Source: an uncultured Candidatus Rokubacteria bacterium (GTDB taxonomy: Bacteria; Methylomirabilota; Methylomirabilia; Rokubacteriales; DASRDR01). Taken from it: DNA of 64,000 bases. Positions within the stretch are counted from its first letter, which is position 1, and each line of letters begins with the position of its first letter. The notes below the pieces were generated by a model. The model ran no database searches. It saw only the letters and a list, made by a program, of their open reading frames with translations, and was not told the origin of the DNA. The position numbers and the translations under genes are program-made. The stretch is from NCBI GenBank assembly GCA_963805625.1, contig CAWDVE010000019.1, positions 128,001 to 192,000 of the forward strand, read 5' to 3'. Positions 60,286 through 64,000 of the stretch are shown in pieces.

Positions 60286-60765
60286 CTAGGCCCCGGGCTT
60301 GCCCATGGAGGCCATGGCGGCCGCCCCGCGCTTCCGGATCTCCTCGGGACGCAGGTCCTCCTTGTGGGTGGCCAGCGCCCACTCGTGACCGAAGGGATCG
60401 GCGAGCTTGCCGAATCGGTCGCCCCAGAACATGTCGGTGGGCGGCATGATGGCTTTGGCGCCGGCGTCGACGGCCCGCTTGAAGGCGGCGTCCACGTCCG
60501 GCACATAGAGGAAGAGTGACCCGGTGGTGCCGCCCAGCGTCTGCGGCGAGCGACTTCCCATCTGGGGGAACTCGTCACTGAGCATGACCATGGAGTCGCC
60601 GATCTTGATCTCGGCGTGCATCACGCTCTTGCCGTCGGGGGCGGTCATGCGCTCGCCCTCCCGGGCACCGAACGCCCGCGTGTAGAAGTCAATCGCTTGG
60701 GCGGCACCCTTCACGGTGATGTAGGGAGTGACGGTGCGATACCCGTCTGGAATAGGCTTGGCCAT
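60286..60765 (-). CDS. VOC/glyoxalase family protein (PhnB-like)
   Basis: VTPYI, AIDFY, HAEIKIGDS, MFWGDR, DPFGHEW. Confidence 0.92.
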   Translation of the reverse strand: MAKPIPDGYRTVTPYITVKGAAQAIDFYTRAFGAREGERMTAPDGKSVMHAEIKIGDSMVMLSDEFPQMGSRSPQTLGGTTGSLFLYVPDVDAAFKRAVDAGAKAIMPPTDMFWGDRFGKLADPFGHEWALATHKEDLRPEEIRKRGAAAMASMGKPGA

Positions 60766-60831
60766 GGTAGGCTCCTTTCCTTGGTTGGCGCTTCAGCCTT
60801 GTGCGCCAGCTCGCGACAGTTTGAGAGCGGA

Positions 60832-61387
60832 ACGGCACGAAGTCAGGGCCGTTCACCGCCTCGGCGACCCTCAGCAGCCCAGGATGACCGTACAGTCTCA
60901 GGCACGAGTCCATTATCTGCAGATTGCCGAGGAGGAGCTCGACGATGCGATCCGGCGCATCCGCCGCTGGTGTCGGCTCCTGCATCTTGACGGGATGCCG
61001 GCCCTGATACCTGCTGGTTCCCCCGAGCGGATCGCTCAAGGGCCTGGCGAAGCTGAACGAGGGGCGGGCGAGCGCCGACCCAATGGCTGGTCGCCCACGG
61101 GCATCGACCTTTGCCCCGGGCTCGACCGGGGCGCCCGCAACGACACGCTCGACGTCGGCTTTCAGCTCCTCGAGCTCATCCTCGCCGATGGCTCCTTCGA
61201 AGACGTAGAAGCCACAGCGCCAGTAGGCCTCGAGGATGTCCCGATGAACCGAGCCATCAGCCTCGAACCGGATGGCCCCGCGATTGCCGAGCTCGAGCGC
61301 GCGCGCTTCGCCCTCGCGTATGTACTCGCGCATCGCCGAGGCGTGCCGCTCGGCTGAGAGCTCCCGTGTGATCCGTAGCTCTGGCAT
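60832..61387 (-). pseudogene. 3'-truncated phytanoyl-CoA dioxygenase (PhyH)-like gene
   Basis: YWRCGFYVFE, LRLYGHPGLLRVAEAVNGPDFVPF, then the coding pattern stops; no HxD motif; the ORF runs on into the VOC gene leader. Confidence 0.6.
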
Positions 61388-61570
61388 GTCAACGCCCTCG
61401 GTCACTCGGCGCCACGCGGGTGGTTGTGTTGGCGCATGACTCCGCCTTTCTAGCGCGAATCCTGGATCGCCGGCGTCCGTGATGTCAAGGACCGCGCGGT
61501 CGCGCGCCCGCCGGACGAATCCCGTTGGAGCGATTGCGTGAGGCGAAGGCGGCCAGGAACTAGGAGCTCT

Positions 61571-63013
61571 TCACGCGGTCTCCGTTTGCCTCGCAGTCCC
61601 GCCCTCCCGGACAGCCCGCGCCGCGTCCTGGCCGGCGAGCATCCCGTAGCCCAGCGCCGTCAGGAGGCCGTTGCCGGAGAAGTAGCCGCCGGGGCCGTGG
61701 CCGGAGAGGCCGGCCGCGGTGCCGCCGCCGGCGTAGAGGTTCGGCACCGGCGTGCCGTCTCGCCGGAGGACGCGCGCGGCCGCATCCACCACGAGCCCGC
61801 CCTGCGTGTGGAAGAGGGCGCCGGTGACCTTGACGCCGTGGAGCGGCGGCTCCAGCCGGCGGCAGTCGAGCCGGCCGAAGGCGTCGGACCGTCTCCCCTC
61901 GGCAACGGCGTGATACTCGGCGAGCGTCTCGTCGAGGGCCCGCGCGGGGAGCCCGAGCGCGGCGGCCAGCTCCGCGGCGGTCGCCGCGGTGACCACCGCT
62001 CCCGCGTCTAGCGCCTGCCGGTAGTCGTCGAACCCGAGCGCCAGCCGGTGGAGCCGCGCGTCGTACACGTTCCACGCGAGCCCCTCGGGCTGGGTGAGGA
62101 CGCGGAGCGCGTGCTCGGAGTAGCCCGTGGTCTCGTCGCCGAACCGCCGACCGTCGCGGTTGACCTGGATGCCGCCCTCAGTGATGACCGCGTAGGTGAT
62201 GAGGATACCGTGCGGTACGGCGACCGACGCGTGCGCCTGGTAGGCGTCCATGAAGGCGACGGCGCCGCCGAGGGCCTGGCCCCACCGGATAGCCTCCCCC
62301 GTGTTGCCTTCTCCGCCGAAGTAGTACGCGCTGGCTACCTCGGGGCAGTAGCGGGTGAGCATGGCCCGGCTGGCGGCGAAGCCGTTCGCGGCCAGGATCA
62401 CCTGGCGGGCACCCACCCGCTCGATGCGCCCGGCCCGCTCGGCCACGACGCCGCGCGCCGCGCCGCCGCCGTCGGCGATCAGGCCCGTCACCGCGGCGCC
62501 CTCGATCAGCTCGGTGCGCGGGTGCTCCGTCACCGCCCGCCGGAGGTCCGTCCACAGCGCCGCACCGGTCCGGCTGGGCGGCGCGTGCATGCGGAACTCG
62601 GTGTGCGCCGGGTACTTGAAGTCGCCGACGAAGGTGAGGGAGACGCCCACCTCGTCGACCAGCCACTCGACGAGGCCGGCGGCGACCCGACAGAGATGCC
62701 GCGTCGTCTCCGGGTCGGACGCGTGACCGTTCTTCCGGAGGATGTCCTGGGCCATGGCCTCCGGCGTCTCGACGATGCCGGCGGCCCGCTGGAGCCGGCT
62801 GCCCGCGGCCGGGATCATGCCGCCGGAGCGCGCGGTGTTGCACCAGGGCTGGGCCTGCTTCTCGAGGACCAGGACCTCGACGCCGCCCTGGGCGGCGGCG
62901 ATCGCCGCGGTCAGGCCGCAGCCGCCGCCGCCCACCACGACGACGTCGGCCTCGAGGTCGAAGCGCCCGGTGTCTCGGACGAGTCCAGTGTCCTCGCTCA
63001 CGACCGCGGCCAC
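61571..63013 (-). CDS. FAD-binding-2 family oxidoreductase (flavocytochrome c/TcuA/KstD-like)
   Basis: VGGGGCG, SGGMIPAAG, TQGGLVVD, NLYAGG, SGNGL; probable start GTG 63001. Confidence 0.88.
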   Translation of the reverse strand: MAAVVSEDTGLVRDTGRFDLEADVVVVGGGGCGLTAAIAAAQGGVEVLVLEKQAQPWCNTARSGGMIPAAGSRLQRAAGIVETPEAMAQDILRKNGHASDPETTRHLCRVAAGLVEWLVDEVGVSLTFVGDFKYPAHTEFRMHAPPSRTGAALWTDLRRAVTEHPRTELIEGAAVTGLIADGGGAARGVVAERAGRIERVGARQVILAANGFAASRAMLTRYCPEVASAYYFGGEGNTGEAIRWGQALGGAVAFMDAYQAHASVAVPHGILITYAVITEGGIQVNRDGRRFGDETTGYSEHALRVLTQPEGLAWNVYDARLHRLALGFDDYRQALDAGAVVTAATAAELAAALGLPARALDETLAEYHAVAEGRRSDAFGRLDCRRLEPPLHGVKVTGALFHTQGGLVVDAAARVLRRDGTPVPNLYAGGGTAAGLSGHGPGGYFSGNGLLTALGYGMLAGQDAARAVREGGTARQTETA

Positions 63014-63126
63014 CGGTCGTCCGTCCAGAGGTGCTCCATCGCCCGCAGCGCGACGAGCCCGGGCATGAAGAGCGGGAGCCCTCCCGCCGCCTCGCGCATC
63101 GGGTCGGTCAGCGCCATAGTGGTCAC
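62998..63126 (-). pseudogene. 42-aa ORF resembling the tail of an Asp/Glu/hydantoin racemase
   Basis: AAGGAGG RBS; TTMALTDPMREAAGGLPLFMPGLVALRAMEHLW; its stop overlaps the next start as GTGA. Confidence 0.4.
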
Positions 63127-63247
63127 GTGGCCCTCCTTCGTCCGGGACATTGGACGCGTTCGGTTTCGGGCTGGACCCACCCCACCGGCGGGCCGTGACC
63201 CGGATGAGGAGTCACGCGTCCGGGGCCGCGGGACGAGCCCGCTCTTG

Positions 63248-64000
63248 TCAGAAGGGCTTGTCGCCCTGGATCGTGACCCGCAGACCGCGGCGCCGGTTCG
63301 GGTAGTAGTCCCAGAGCGCGTGGTGCTGCACCTGGCGGTTGTCCCAGAACGCGATCGAGCCCGGCTGCCACTGAAACCGGCAGTGGAACTCCGGGGTCTC
63401 GATGTGGCGATAGAGCATCTCCAGCACGGCGTCGCTCTCGAGCTTCGAGAGCTGCACGATGCGCGAGGTGAAGAGGCGGTTGACGAAGAGCGTCTTGCGG
63501 CCGCTCACGGGGTGCGTCCGGATGACGGGATGCTCGGCCTTCGGATAGGCCTTGTCGACCGGGCTCGCGTTCTCGTAGCGGCCACGGTACACATGCTCCC
63601 CGTCGTGGATGGCGGTCAGGCCCTCGAGGAACCGCTGCATGGGCGCCGAGAGCGCGTCGTAGGCGGCGCCCATGCTGGCGAACAACGTGTCGCCGCCGAC
63701 CGGCGGCACCTCGAGCATGTAGAGGATCGTCCCCATGGGCGGCTCCGGATCGCACGAAACATCCGAGTGCCAGTCCTCGCCCGCGATCCGCTTCGATTTC
63801 TCGTCGGCGAAGATCACCATGATCTCGGGGTGCCCGTCGAGCAGCATCGGGTAAGCGGGGTGGATGTGCAGCGCGCCGAAGCGCCGGGCGAATGTGGTGT
63901 GCTGCTCCGGCGTGATGGTCTGGTCGCGGAAGAAGATGACGCCGTGTTCAATCAGGGCCTGGTGGATCGCGGTGAACGTGGCCTCGGGCAGATCCTGGGA
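63248..64000 (-). CDS. tauD: taurine dioxygenase-like TauD (5' end lies outside the window)
   Basis: VIFFRDQ, WHSDVS, GGDTLF, HPVIRTHP, WDNRQVQH, IQGDKPF. Confidence 0.88.
   Translation of the reverse strand, partial: SQDLPEATFTAIHQALIEHGVIFFRDQTITPEQHTTFARRFGALHIHPAYPMLLDGHPEIMVIFADEKSKRIAGEDWHSDVSCDPEPPMGTILYMLEVPPVGGDTLFASMGAAYDALSAPMQRFLEGLTAIHDGEHVYRGRYENASPVDKAYPKAEHPVIRTHPVSGRKTLFVNRLFTSRIVQLSKLESDAVLEMLYRHIETPEFHCRFQWQPGSIAFWDNRQVQHHALWDYYPNRRRGLRVTIQGDKPF

Noticed and set aside
1-64000. tRNA (including tRNA-Sec), rRNA, IS elements or prophage
   Set aside because: No cloverleaf, rRNA, transposase, integrase or phage structural signatures were recognised by eye

Overview
High-GC (about 70% by eye) bacterial window, rich in ABC/TRAP transporters and catabolic enzymes. 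The gene content is consistent with a Rokubacteria/Methylomirabilota-like soil bacterium, which is inference only. From left to right it holds: a sugar-type ABC operon with an alpha/beta hydrolase; SnoaL, TauD and SDR genes; an amide/lactam catabolic island (two hydantoinase/oxoprolinase AB pairs, a Liv-type ABC system, GNAT, OYE, DAO); a rhodanese-CBS gene with an in-frame UGA and a SECIS-like hairpin (probable selenoprotein); a three-gene NHLP-like leader / cNMP-binding / RRE-M50(HQxxH) module; DNA topoisomerase VI (top6B-top6A); an Fbp-type ABC system; a TRAP transporter; ilvE; a duplicated Cys/His finger protein; a lytic transglycosylase; an Xth-LigC-PrimPolC repair cluster; a 1218-aa membrane cPLA2/patatin-like protein with a GNAT-like tail; and several gene remnants. 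Clustered single-base indels at 30-33, 38.6, 40.1 and 50-52 kb look like consensus errors rather than true pseudogenes. No rRNA, tRNA, CRISPR array or transposase was recognised. All family calls come from motif reading by eye, with no database searches.
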